A DNA stretch of 32,000 nucleotides from Candidatus Saccharimonadota bacterium (GCF_000973505.1 NZ_CP010048.1:210001-242000); one strand, 5' to 3'; counted from the first letter of the stretch, positions 17,789 through 26,997 are shown. Numbers and translations are program-made. The notes: generated by a model from the sequence alone, not told the origin.

Positions 17789-18778
17789 ATGCAACATTCT
17801 ATGATGAAACAAGAACATAAAAATATTACCAAAACTATAATAATCACAAGTTTTTTATCTGGACTCCGTTTAGATAAAGCATTATCACAATCACTTCCAG
17901 ATCATTCTCGTTCCAGAATTAAGCGATGGATTCTTAATAGACAAGTTAAAGTTAATAATTGTGTTGTTACAATGCCGGATAAAAAAGTATTACAAGGTGA
18001 ATTGATTGAGATTAGTTATGTTGTTGAGTATGTTAAATCTTTAAAACCAGAAAATATTTTTTTAAATGTTGTATATGAGGATGATTTCATCGTTATAATA
18101 AATAAGCCGTCGAATTTAGTTGTACATCCTGGTGTTGGTAATACTTCTGGCACGGTGTTGAATGCTTTATTATATCATTATCCTAATATTTCTGTTGTTC
18201 CTCGTGCTGGTATTGTACAACGTTTAGATAAAGATACCACCGGATTAATGTTAATAGCGAAGGATATTGATACACAGGTTAAGTTGGTAAAGTTATTCCA
18301 ATTACATAAAATAAGGCGTGAATATGACGCAATAGTTTATGGTAATATCGTTAATAATGGGACAATAGATAGACCGATTGCTCGTAATTTTTTTAATCGG
18401 ACATCTATGTGTGTTCATCCTTCAGGAAAATCTGCTATCACTCATTATCAAGTTATTGAGACTTTTTCTCATTCTTACACGAGGGTAAGATTACAGTTGG
18501 AAACTGGGAGAACACATCAGATTCGAGTGCATATGGCGCATATTCAGCATCCTTTAATTGGTGATAAGAAATATGGAAAATCTAAGCATTTATTGTATTT
18601 GAAGAAGAGATATGACAGGACATTTAATCATTGTTGTGTGTTTTCCTTTGAAAGGCAAGCTTTACATGCTTCCATGTTAAAGTTTGTGCATCCTATTACA
18701 GGTGTTTCGATGAGATGGAAAATACCATTACCGTTAGATATGTTAGGTTTATTAAATGTTTTGCGATTGAGTCTTTAA
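17789..18778 (+). CDS. rluD: 23S rRNA pseudouridine synthase RluD
   Basis: 329 aa. S4 domain (RLDKALSQSLPDHSRSRIKRWI), then VYEDDFIVIINKP..LVVHPG.GN..GTVLNALL..YP.I..VPRAGIV.RLDKDTTGLM..AK, ETGRTHQIRVHMAHI.HPL.GD..YG and RQALHA..L.F.HPI.G. Start is uncertain: ATGs at 17789, 17801 and 17804 are all in frame. Confidence 0.93.
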   Translation: MQHSMMKQEHKNITKTIIITSFLSGLRLDKALSQSLPDHSRSRIKRWILNRQVKVNNCVVTMPDKKVLQGELIEISYVVEYVKSLKPENIFLNVVYEDDFIVIINKPSNLVVHPGVGNTSGTVLNALLYHYPNISVVPRAGIVQRLDKDTTGLMLIAKDIDTQVKLVKLFQLHKIRREYDAIVYGNIVNNGTIDRPIARNFFNRTSMCVHPSGKSAITHYQVIETFSHSYTRVRLQLETGRTHQIRVHMAHIQHPLIGDKKYGKSKHLLYLKKRYDRTFNHCCVFSFERQALHASMLKFVHPITGVSMRWKIPLPLDMLGLLNVLRLSL

Positions 18779-18859
18779 TTGATTTAGTTGTAGAATTTTG
18801 AATTTAGCAGTATATTGTTTATATTTTATATCAAGGCCTTGGTTTAGGAAAAATAGTTC

Positions 18860-21436
18860 ATGAATTTTGATCGTTTTACTAGTAATTTTCAATTAGCGTT
18901 ATCTGATGCTCAGAGTATAGCTATTAGACTGAATAATCAGTTTATTGATTCATTACATGTTATGTTATCTTTATTGCGGCAATCAAACGATTCGATATGT
19001 CGGTTATTACAGTGTATTGAAGTTGATATTGATAAATTTACTGTCGCTGTTGATCAAGCTTGTAAATTATTGCCTAGTATTGATAATCCTGATGGAAATG
19101 TTCAGTTTTCTCAAGATTTAATTCGCACATTAAATCTTGCTGAAAAGTTTTCACAAAAATATTTCGATACTTATATTGCTTCTGAAGTATTTATGTTAGC
19201 TGCAGTAAAGATAAATAGTTCTTTAGGTATTATTTGTAATAAATTTGGTATTAGTGTAGATAATGTAAAAAAGGCTATAAAAACTATACGAGGAAACAAA
19301 CCGGTGAGTTCTCAAGAATCGGAAAATTTAAGAGATATTTTAAAAAAATTTACTATTGATTTAACTGAATTAGCTAAACATAATAAATTAGATCCAGTAA
19401 TTGGTAGAGATGAAGAGATTCGTCGTACAATTCAAGTATTACAGAGGCGGACTAAAAATAATCCAGTTCTTATTGGTCCACCAGGGGTGGGAAAAACCGC
19501 GATTGTAGAAGGATTAGCACAGCGGATAGTTAATGGTGAAGTACCTGAAGGATTAAAAAATAGCCGAGTTTTATCATTAGATATAGCAACATTGTTGGCT
19601 GGAGCTAAGTATCGAGGTGAATTTGAGGAACGTTTAAAGCATGTATTGCGTGATTTATCTCAACATTCTGGGGCTGTAGTTTTGTTTATTGATGAGTTAC
19701 ACACTGTGGTGGGTGCTGGAAGAACTGATGGGGCTATAGATGCCGGGAATATGCTCAAACCTAGATTAGCGCGAGGTGAACTGCATTGTGTGGGTGCTAC
19801 AACATTAGATGAATATCGAAAATATATTGAAAAAGATGCGGCTCTTGAAAGGCGTTTTCAAAAAGTATTTATACTTGAGCCAAGTATTGAGGATACTATA
19901 GCAATTTTGCGGGGTTTAAAAGAACGTTATGAATTACATCATCATGTACAAATAACTGATCCAGCTATTGTGGCTGCAGTGGTTCTTTCGAATCGTTATA
20001 TCACTGATCGTCAGTTACCAGATAAAGCTATTGATCTTATCGATGAAGCAGCGGCTAATATTCGTATACAAATAGATTCTAAACCAGAGGATTTAGATCG
20101 TTTAGACCGAAGGATTATACAGTTGAAGTTAGAGCAACAAGCTTTAAAAAAGGAATCGGATGATGCTAGTCGAAAACGTTTTGAAATGTTAAGCAGTGAA
20201 CTTTCTAATAAGGAAAGTGAATATGTAAAATTAGAGGCTGAATGGAAAGAAGAAAAAGAATTTTTATTAGATATGCAATCTTTAAAAACACAATTGGAAG
20301 AGGCTAAAATTGCTCTTGATCAATCTCGTCGGGTTGGTGATTTAGCACGAATGTCTGAATTACAGTATGGTAAAATTCCTGAGTTGGAAAAAGAGTTATC
20401 TACGTATTTGAGTTCTAAATTTACTAAAATGCGTTTGTTGCGTAATCGTGTTACTGATACAGAGATTTCTGAAGTGTTGTCAAAATGGACTGGAATTCCT
20501 GTTGCACGTATGTTAGCCAGTGAAAAAGAAAAATTGTTACGTATGGAAGAGGTGTTACATCAATCAGTCATTGGTCAAAATGAGGCAGTGGAGGTAGTTT
20601 CTAATGCTATTCGAAGAAGTCGCTCTGGGTTATCTGATCCTAAAAAGCCAATTGGTTCTTTTATGTTTTTAGGTCCTACTGGTGTGGGTAAGACTGAGTT
20701 ATGTAAATCATTGGCAAACTTTTTATTTGATACTGAAAGTTCTATAATTCGTATTGATATGTCTGAATTCATGGAAAAGCACTCAGTATCAAGATTGCTT
20801 GGTGCTCCTCCTGGATATATAGGTTATGAAGAGGGGGGGTATTTAACAGAGTCAGTTCGTCGTCGTCCTTATTCTGTAGTGTTGTTAGATGAGATAGAAA
20901 AAGCACATTCAGAAATATTTAATGTTTTGTTGCAAGTATTAGATGAAGGTCGTTTAACGGACGGACAAGGTCGTACAGTTGATTTTCGTAATGTTGTTGT
21001 TATTATGACATCTAATTTGGGGTCGAATATCATTCAGGAAAATTCGGGTCAATTGAATTATTCTGGTATTAAAGAAATTATTTTTAATTTATTATCTCAT
21101 AATTTTCGTCCAGAATTTATCAATCGTATCGATGAGGTGGTTGTGTTTCATCCATTAAATGAGACTCATATTATTAGTATTGCAAAAATTCATTTATCGA
21201 TTTTATCCAAACGTTTGGAAGAATGTGGTTATAAAGTTAGTTTTTCTAACGATATTTTAGTTTTGTTAAGTAAAATTGGATTTGATCCCGCATATGGTGC
21301 TCGGCCGTTAAAACGTGTGATACAACAAAAAATTGGAAATTTTTTGTCGCAGGAAATATTATCAGGTTGTTTAGTGCCTGGGGATAATATTATACTAAAA
21401 GTGAAAAATGATTTTATATATTTTGAAAAACAATAA
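18860..21436 (+). CDS. clpB: Chaperone/disaggregase ClpB (Hsp104 family AAA+)
   Basis: 858 aa, collinear with E. coli ClpB (857 aa). Motifs: [47 protein letters not shown], both Walker A motifs ([16 protein letters not shown]), and the coiled-coil middle domain. Confidence 0.98.
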   Translation: MNFDRFTSNFQLALSDAQSIAIRLNNQFIDSLHVMLSLLRQSNDSICRLLQCIEVDIDKFTVAVDQACKLLPSIDNPDGNVQFSQDLIRTLNLAEKFSQKYFDTYIASEVFMLAAVKINSSLGIICNKFGISVDNVKKAIKTIRGNKPVSSQESENLRDILKKFTIDLTELAKHNKLDPVIGRDEEIRRTIQVLQRRTKNNPVLIGPPGVGKTAIVEGLAQRIVNGEVPEGLKNSRVLSLDIATLLAGAKYRGEFEERLKHVLRDLSQHSGAVVLFIDELHTVVGAGRTDGAIDAGNMLKPRLARGELHCVGATTLDEYRKYIEKDAALERRFQKVFILEPSIEDTIAILRGLKERYELHHHVQITDPAIVAAVVLSNRYITDRQLPDKAIDLIDEAAANIRIQIDSKPEDLDRLDRRIIQLKLEQQALKKESDDASRKRFEMLSSELSNKESEYVKLEAEWKEEKEFLLDMQSLKTQLEEAKIALDQSRRVGDLARMSELQYGKIPELEKELSTYLSSKFTKMRLLRNRVTDTEISEVLSKWTGIPVARMLASEKEKLLRMEEVLHQSVIGQNEAVEVVSNAIRRSRSGLSDPKKPIGSFMFLGPTGVGKTELCKSLANFLFDTESSIIRIDMSEFMEKHSVSRLLGAPPGYIGYEEGGYLTESVRRRPYSVVLLDEIEKAHSEIFNVLLQVLDEGRLTDGQGRTVDFRNVVVIMTSNLGSNIIQENSGQLNYSGIKEIIFNLLSHNFRPEFINRIDEVVVFHPLNETHIISIAKIHLSILSKRLEECGYKVSFSNDILVLLSKIGFDPAYGARPLKRVIQQKIGNFLSQEILSGCLVPGDNIILKVKNDFIYFEKQ

Positions 21437-21655
21437 TAGATTAAATGATGTGTGTGGTTGTTGTAATTGTGATATTCGGTATAGTAGTACACTGTTTGTA
21501 TATATTTGAATACTATTATTTGTAGATTGTATTTTAATTGAGTGATGTTTGTTTTTGTTTGGTGATTTTCATTTATATTATATTAGTGTTTTGTGTTATT
21601 TAAAGCCAAGATAAGTGAAAAATAAATTGTGATTTTTTTTGTTTTTGTTGTAGTT

Positions 21656-22720
21656 ATGATCAAGAATCGAGTTTCCTTAAAGTCTTTGAATACTTTTTCT
21701 TTAAGAGTATATGCTGATTATGTGATTAAGGTATATACCGAGGGTGATTTGTTGATCTTTTGGAATCGTTTTGTGCAAAAAGGGTATTCGGTGTTAATTT
21801 TAGGAAGAGGTAGTAATGTTTTATTTTTAGAGGATTATTGTGGTGTGATTTTATTAAATCGTATTAAAGGAATTGATTTACATGAAGATAAATATTACTG
21901 GTATTTGCATGTTTGTTCAGGTGAATTATGGCATGAATTAGTGGTATATAGTTTAAAAAATAATATGCCTGGATTGGAAAATTTAGCGTTAATTCCGGGT
22001 TGTGTAGGTGCTGCTCCTATTCAAAATATAGGAGCTTATGGTGTAGAGTTGCAAAAGTTTTGTGAATATGTAGATATTTTAAATTTAGATATTGGAGAAA
22101 AGATTCGTTTTACAGTGGATGAATGTCAATTTGGTTATCGTTATAGTATTTTTATGGAACAATTTAAGTTTAATTATGTCATAGTGGCTGTTGGATTAAA
22201 ATTAAGTAAAACTTGGCGTCCTGTACTAAATTACATTGGTTTAGATAAATTAAATATAAATAGTGTTACTCCTGTAGGAATATTTAATGCAGTATGTATT
22301 ATGCGGCAGTATAAATTGCCAGATCCGTTGGTTTTCGGTAACGCTGGTAGTTTTTTTAAAAATCCGGTGATTAATTGCGCATTGATGGATGATTTATTAA
22401 ATGATTATCCAGATATGCCGTGCTTTTTTTATAAACAGAATTTAGTGAAATTATCGGCAGGTTGGTTGATTGAGAATTGTAATTTATCAGTTTCTACATG
22501 TGGATATGCATCTATTTATAAAAAACAGTCTTTGATTTTAATTAATATAAATCAGCAAGCTACTGCTGGTGAAATTGTAACATTAGCAGGTCGTATATAT
22601 GAAAAAGTTATGGATTATTTTCATATTTCTTTAGAACCTGAAGTTCGATTTATTGCTGATTTTGGGGAAATAGATAGTGTTCAGTTATTATCAACGGGAA
22701 AAAAAGTTTTAAGAAAGTAA
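21656..22720 (+). CDS. murB: UDP-N-acetylenolpyruvoylglucosamine reductase MurB
   Basis: 354 aa from the ATG at 21656 (MIKNRVSLKSLNTF... vs E. coli MNHSLKPWNTF). Motifs: ILG.GSNVLFLEDY.G, PGLENLALIPGCVGAAPIQNIGAYGVEL, FGYR.SIF, KLPDP...GNAGSFFKNPV, LSAGWLIE.C. The track ORF begins 9 codons earlier at a GTG. Confidence 0.94.
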   Translation: MIKNRVSLKSLNTFSLRVYADYVIKVYTEGDLLIFWNRFVQKGYSVLILGRGSNVLFLEDYCGVILLNRIKGIDLHEDKYYWYLHVCSGELWHELVVYSLKNNMPGLENLALIPGCVGAAPIQNIGAYGVELQKFCEYVDILNLDIGEKIRFTVDECQFGYRYSIFMEQFKFNYVIVAVGLKLSKTWRPVLNYIGLDKLNINSVTPVGIFNAVCIMRQYKLPDPLVFGNAGSFFKNPVINCALMDDLLNDYPDMPCFFYKQNLVKLSAGWLIENCNLSVSTCGYASIYKKQSLILININQQATAGEIVTLAGRIYEKVMDYFHISLEPEVRFIADFGEIDSVQLLSTGKKVLRK

Positions 22721-22836
22721 TATAATTGAATTATGTGATGGTTATTTTATTTATTCATAATTAAAAAATTATCAACGATTGGCATATTTTAAAGTGTTTT
22801 ATTAATATTTAAATACAGTAATTGTGGGTATTGTGT

Positions 22837-23646
22837 ATGTTATATCAGTTGTTAAATATATCGAAAATTTTATCTCAATTATCATACAAGGGAGAATTGG
22901 TTATTTTAAAAACTGTTGCTTCTACCAATCAGTATCTTCTTGATAATATTTATTATTTACAATCAGGGGATGTTTGTCTTGCGGAAAGTCAAATGCAGGG
23001 TCGTGGACGATATGGAAAATATTGGTTCTCTCCGTTTGGTAAAAATGTTTATTTGTCTATTTATTGGTTGTTATCACACTCCAATCGAAGAGAACCAATT
23101 ACTATATTAAGTTTAGTGGTTAGTGTTGTTATAGTTGAGGTCTTACAATCGTTGGGTGTTAATGATATACGAGTGAAATGGCCTAATGACATTTATTTTA
23201 GAGGTCGAAAGTTAGCAGGTGTGTTGATTGAAGTTATCAGTAAATTTCGAAATTGTATACATGTGGTGATTGGTATTGGTATTAATACGGCTATGATGTT
23301 AAAGGTTGTTGAAGATAGTGTCTCAATAGTTAGTTTAGAAGAGATTGGTATTAAGGTTGATCGTAATATTTTAGCGGTGAAGATGATTAATGCATTATAT
23401 CGATCTTTAATACAATTTGAATGTTGTGGTTTTTCTTCGTTTATTTCTCGTTGGTTATCTTTGGATTATTTTTATAATCAGAGAGTAAAAGTATTTGTTG
23501 ATGATCGTTGGGTATTAGGAATATCTAAAGGTATTAATGGTAATGGTGAGTTATTATTGGAATATTTTGGTGCAATATATTCTTATTCATGTTTGGAGAA
23601 TGTCATTTCAATTCGTAGTGTTAGTAATAGTTGTGTTAGTGTGTAA
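22837..23646 (+). CDS. birA: Biotin--[acetyl-CoA-carboxylase] ligase, catalytic and C-terminal domains only (no N-terminal wHTH repressor domain)
   Basis: 269 aa from the ATG at 22837. MLYQLLNISKILSQL...V.STNQYLLD.I..L.SGD.C.AE.Q..GRGR.G..WFSPFG.N.YLS..W aligns to E. coli BirA from about residue 63 (IQLLNAKQILGQL...). Also KWPNDIY...RKLAGVLIE and a murB-birA arrangement as in E. coli. Confidence 0.92.
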   Translation: MLYQLLNISKILSQLSYKGELVILKTVASTNQYLLDNIYYLQSGDVCLAESQMQGRGRYGKYWFSPFGKNVYLSIYWLLSHSNRREPITILSLVVSVVIVEVLQSLGVNDIRVKWPNDIYFRGRKLAGVLIEVISKFRNCIHVVIGIGINTAMMLKVVEDSVSIVSLEEIGIKVDRNILAVKMINALYRSLIQFECCGFSSFISRWLSLDYFYNQRVKVFVDDRWVLGISKGINGNGELLLEYFGAIYSYSCLENVISIRSVSNSCVSV

Positions 23647-23797
23647 ATATTAGAAATAATAGTTATGTGATATATGATAAATATGATAATAGCTAATCAT
23701 AGTTATTTTTTTTACATGACTAGATAAATATTTATTCTCTTGATATTTTTTTCAAAATATATTAAACTAGAGCAGTTACAATGTGAATTATTGATGA

Positions 23798-23869
23798 GTC
23801 GGCATAGCTTAGTGGTAGAGCAACTGATTTGTAATCAGTAGGTCAAAGGTTCAAGTCCTTTTGCCGGCA
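23798..23869 (+). tRNA. thrU: tRNA-Thr (anticodon UGU), no encoded CCA
   Basis: Acceptor GTCGGCA/TGCCGGC (one U-G pair), D arm GCTT-AGTGGTA-GAGC, anticodon arm ACTGA-TT TGT AA-TCAGT, T arm AAAGG-TTCAAGT-CCTTT, discriminator A then TTT. First gene of a Thr-Tyr-Gly-Thr cluster, as in E. coli thrU-tyrU-glyT-thrT. Confidence 0.93.
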
Positions 23870-23890
23870 TTTTAAATTTTATAAATATTT

Positions 23891-23973
23891 GGTGGGGTGC
23901 CCGAGTGGCTAAAGGGAGCAGACTGTAAATCTGCCGTCATATGACTTCGAAGGTTCAAATCCTTCCCCCATCA
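23891..23973 (+). tRNA. tyrU: tRNA-Tyr (anticodon GUA), long variable arm, no encoded CCA
   Basis: GGTGGGGTGCCCGAGTGGCTAAAGGGAGCAGA-CT GTA AA-TCTGC...GAAGG-TTCAAAT-CCTTC-CCCCATC-A. Near-identical to E. coli tRNA-Tyr. Followed by TTA. Confidence 0.95.
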
Positions 23974-24049
23974 TTATATTAATTTTTTAGATGGTTTTTT
24001 AGAGAAGAGTGTTTCGTTTTTTTTTGGGGTAAAAAATATATTATTACAT

Positions 24050-24121
24050 GTGGGCATCGTATAATGGTTATTACCTCAACCTTCCAAGTTGAAGATGTGG
24101 GTTCGATTCCCATTGCCCGCT
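24050..24121 (+). tRNA. glyT: tRNA-Gly (anticodon UCC), no encoded CCA
   Basis: GTGGGCA-TC-GTAT-AATGGTTA-TTAC-C-TCAAC-CT TCC AA-GTTGA-AGAT-GTGGG-TTCGATT-CCCAT-TGCCCGC-T. Near-identical to E. coli glyT. Followed by TTC. Confidence 0.95.
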
Positions 24122-24139
24122 TTCGTTCAAAAAAATTCA

Positions 24140-24212
24140 GCTGGTATAGCTCAGTCGGGAGAGCACACCCTTGGTAAGGGTGAGGTCAGCAGTTCGAATC
24201 TGCTTATCAGCA
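24140..24212 (+). tRNA. thrT: tRNA-Thr (anticodon GGU), no encoded CCA
   Basis: GCTGGTA-TA-GCTC-AGTCGGGA-GAGC-A-CACCC-TT GGT AA-GGGTG-AGGTC-AGCAG-TTCGAAT-CTGCT-TATCAGC-A. Near-identical to E. coli thrT. Followed by TTG. Confidence 0.95.
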
Positions 24213-24294
24213 TTGTATATTACAAATACTTTGTGTATTTTTTATTAATGGGAAATTGTAAAATTTTTATTATTTAAAATGGAGGCTTCTGTTT

Positions 24295-24759
24295 ATGAAA
24301 GGCAATGAGCAGATTATAGTGAATTTTAATCGTTTACTTGCTAATGAGTTTACTGTTGCTAATCAGTATTTTTTACATGCTGGGATATATAAACATTGGG
24401 GGTTAATGAAACTGCATGATATTGAATATAAAGAATTTTTAGATGAAGTTGAACATGCAGATAAATATTTAAAACGAATTTTATTTTTAGAGGGAGTGCC
24501 TCATATACAGAATGGTAATTTATGTAATGTGGGCAATTGTGTTGAGGAGGTTTTGCGTGTTGATCTTAATCTAGAATATGATGCGGTAAGTGACTTACGA
24601 GAATGTATCTCGTATGCTGATTCGGTGCATGATTTTGTGTCTAGAGATCTTATGGTAAAAATTTTAGTAGATGAAGAACAACATATTGATTTTTTAGAAA
24701 CTGAACTATCTTTAATTTCACGGATTGGGGTGTATAATTATTTGCAATCACAATCTTAA
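24295..24759 (+). CDS. bfr: Bacterioferritin: ferroxidase-centre residues conserved, haem-ligand Met52 replaced by Val
   Basis: 154 aa. MKGNEQIIVNFNRLLANEFTVANQYFLHAGIYKHWGL..L.D.EY.E..DEVEHADKY..RILFLEG.P......L..G..VEE.LR.DL.LE.......LRE.I.YADSVHDFVSRDLM..IL.DEE.HID.LETEL.LI...G..NYLQ.Q is collinear with E. coli Bfr without gaps. GGAGG lies 9 nt upstream of the ATG. Confidence 0.93.
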   Translation: MKGNEQIIVNFNRLLANEFTVANQYFLHAGIYKHWGLMKLHDIEYKEFLDEVEHADKYLKRILFLEGVPHIQNGNLCNVGNCVEEVLRVDLNLEYDAVSDLRECISYADSVHDFVSRDLMVKILVDEEQHIDFLETELSLISRIGVYNYLQSQS

Positions 24760-24924
24760 TATTGGATTAATATAATAATATAGTGTCGATTAATGCTATT
24801 TGAAATGTATGATATTGCTTGATATTGTTTGTTTATATGTTATATCATGCACTTTATTTGATTATAGTTTTTATTTATTATGCCTCATGGGTTGAGTAAT
24901 AATAATAAATGGGTTTATATTAAT

Positions 24925-24958
24925 TAGTGTGTTATAAATTATAGTGTGTTATAAATTA
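24925..24958. repeat. Perfect 17-bp tandem duplication TAGTGTGTTATAAATTA x2 in the bfr-rpsJ spacer (putative S10 operon leader or promoter region)
   Basis: Copies at 24925-24941 and 24942-24958, read directly. Confidence 0.9.
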
Positions 24959-24990
24959 ATTTATTAGTTAGATGGTTTAATTTTTAGTAA

Positions 24991-25341
<351 letters not shown>

Positions 25342-25397
25342 TAAATCTTTAATATTTAATTGCCACAAAATGTAGAAAAAATAGGACGGTGTTTGTA

Positions 25398-26033
25398 ATG
25401 ATTGGATTGACTGGCATGAAGGCGGGAATGACGCGTTTTTTTATTAAAGACGGTGTTACGGTTCCTGTTACTATTATAAAAGTTGAACCACATAGGGTTA
25501 TACAAGTAAAAACATTAAAGACAGATGGATATAATGCTGTTCAAGTGACTGCTGGTGTTAAAAAATTAAATAGAGTCAATAAACCAGAAATTGGTCATGT
25601 TAAAAAGTCGGGTATGAAACTCGGGCATGGTTTATGGGAGTTTCGCATGAGGCATTGTTGTGATCAGTCTATTTGTGTTGGCGATGTTATTACTGTGTCA
25701 TTATTTACCGATGTTAAACAAGTTGATGTTACTGGTATTTCTAAAGGAAAAGGTTTTTCAGGTACTGTAAAGCGTTGGAATTTTTGTTCGCAAGACGCCA
25801 GTCATGGTAATTCTTTGTCTCATCGTGCTCCTGGTTCTATCGGTCAGAATCAAACTCCCGGGAAAGTTTTTAAAGGAAAAAAAATGCCTGGTCATTTAGG
25901 TAATATGAAAGTCACTGTACAGAATTTACATGTAGTACTTGTCGATTTGAAAAATAATTTGTTAGTTGTAAAAGGTTCGATTCCTGGTGAAGTAAACAGT
26001 ATCGTTCGTGTGAGTATATCTGAAAAATTATAA
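25398..26033 (+). CDS. rplC: 50S ribosomal protein L3
   Basis: 211 aa from the ATG at 25398 ([15 protein letters not shown] vs E. coli MIGLVGKKVGMTRIF). Also [50 protein letters not shown]. Confidence 0.97.
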   Translation: MIGLTGMKAGMTRFFIKDGVTVPVTIIKVEPHRVIQVKTLKTDGYNAVQVTAGVKKLNRVNKPEIGHVKKSGMKLGHGLWEFRMRHCCDQSICVGDVITVSLFTDVKQVDVTGISKGKGFSGTVKRWNFCSQDASHGNSLSHRAPGSIGQNQTPGKVFKGKKMPGHLGNMKVTVQNLHVVLVDLKNNLLVVKGSIPGEVNSIVRVSISEKL

Positions 26034-26074
26034 ATTTTTTTTGATAACATTAAAATCGGAGTAAATAATTATAT

Positions 26075-26686
26075 ATGGAAGTGAAATTAAAAGATACAGG
26101 CTCTAAAGTATTTATTTCTGATGTTGTTTTTAGATCTTCTTTTAATGAACCATTAGTACATCAAGTTGTTACTGCTTATTTATCAGGTGCTAGGCAGGGT
26201 ACATGTGCTCAAAAAAGTCGCTCTGGAGTGCGTGGATCTGGAAAGAAACCTTGGCGGCAGAAGGGTACTGGTCGGGCACGTGCGGGTTCAATACGGAGTC
26301 CTATTTGGCGTTCTGGCGGGGTGACTTTTGCTGCATCTAATCAAGATCATGGACAAAAAATAAATAAAAAAATGTATCGAGGAGCGTTAAAGAGTATTTT
26401 TTCAGAATTAATTCGTCAAGATCGTGTAATTTTTATAAGCAAATTTTATATTGAAGAACCAAAAACTAAACTATTAGTTAATCAACTGCATCGGATAGAT
26501 ATAAGAGAGAAACTTTTAATTCTTATAGATAATGTGTTAGATAGGAATTTATTTTTAGCGTCTCGCAATTTGTATAAAGTTAATGTATGTTGTGTAGGTA
26601 ATATAAATCCGTATATTTTAATTGCTTCTAATATAGTTCTTATGACTGTTGAATCTCTTAAAAGAGTTGAGGATATGTTAGCATAA
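26075..26686 (+). CDS. rplD: 50S ribosomal protein L4
   Basis: 203 aa. ...[84 protein letters not shown] matches E. coli L4. Its stop overlaps the rplW start (TAATG). Confidence 0.97.
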   Translation: MEVKLKDTGSKVFISDVVFRSSFNEPLVHQVVTAYLSGARQGTCAQKSRSGVRGSGKKPWRQKGTGRARAGSIRSPIWRSGGVTFAASNQDHGQKINKKMYRGALKSIFSELIRQDRVIFISKFYIEEPKTKLLVNQLHRIDIREKLLILIDNVLDRNLFLASRNLYKVNVCCVGNINPYILIASNIVLMTVESLKRVEDMLA

Positions 26687-26997
26687 TGTTTAATGATCGA
26701 TTGTTACGAGTGTTGTATTTTCCTCATATGTCAGAGAAATCGTCATCTGTGATGGAAAAATGTAATGTTGTTGTTTTTAGTGTGAAAAAAACATCTACTA
26801 AGTCAGAAATAAAAAATGCAGTTAATAGTTTATTTTCAGTGGATGTATGTAATGTGCGCACTTTAATTGTTAAAGGAAAAGTTAAAAAACGTGGAAAGAA
26901 TATTAGTAAGTGTAGTAATTGGAAAAAGGCTTATGTTACTTTAGCGTCTGGCCATAGTATAGATTTTACTACCAAAATAAAAAAGAACGTTTATTAG
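26686..26997 (+). CDS. rplW: 50S ribosomal protein L23
   Basis: 103 aa. ..RLL.VL..PH.SEK.S..MEK.N..VF.V.K...K.EIK.AV..LF.V.V..V.TL.VKGKVK..G......S.WKKAYVTL..G...DF matches E. coli L23. S10 operon order. Confidence 0.93.
   Translation: MFNDRLLRVLYFPHMSEKSSSVMEKCNVVVFSVKKTSTKSEIKNAVNSLFSVDVCNVRTLIVKGKVKKRGKNISKCSNWKKAYVTLASGHSIDFTTKIKKNVY

Noticed and set aside
17781-17792. 12-bp perfect palindrome GCATTATAATGC overlapping the first candidate rluD ATG, plus a 7-bp hairpin CACTAAT/ATTAGTG at 17682-17702 in the bamD-rluD divergent region. Both were considered as operators.
   Set aside because: They are short and there is no known regulator to assign. Palindromes of this size are expected about once per kb by chance. 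The palindrome may only indicate that the true rluD start is the downstream ATG pair at 17801/17804.
24089-24277. 62-aa ORF on the + strand.
   Set aside because: It runs straight through tRNA-Gly(UCC) and tRNA-Thr(GGU), so it is an artefact of translating tRNA genes.
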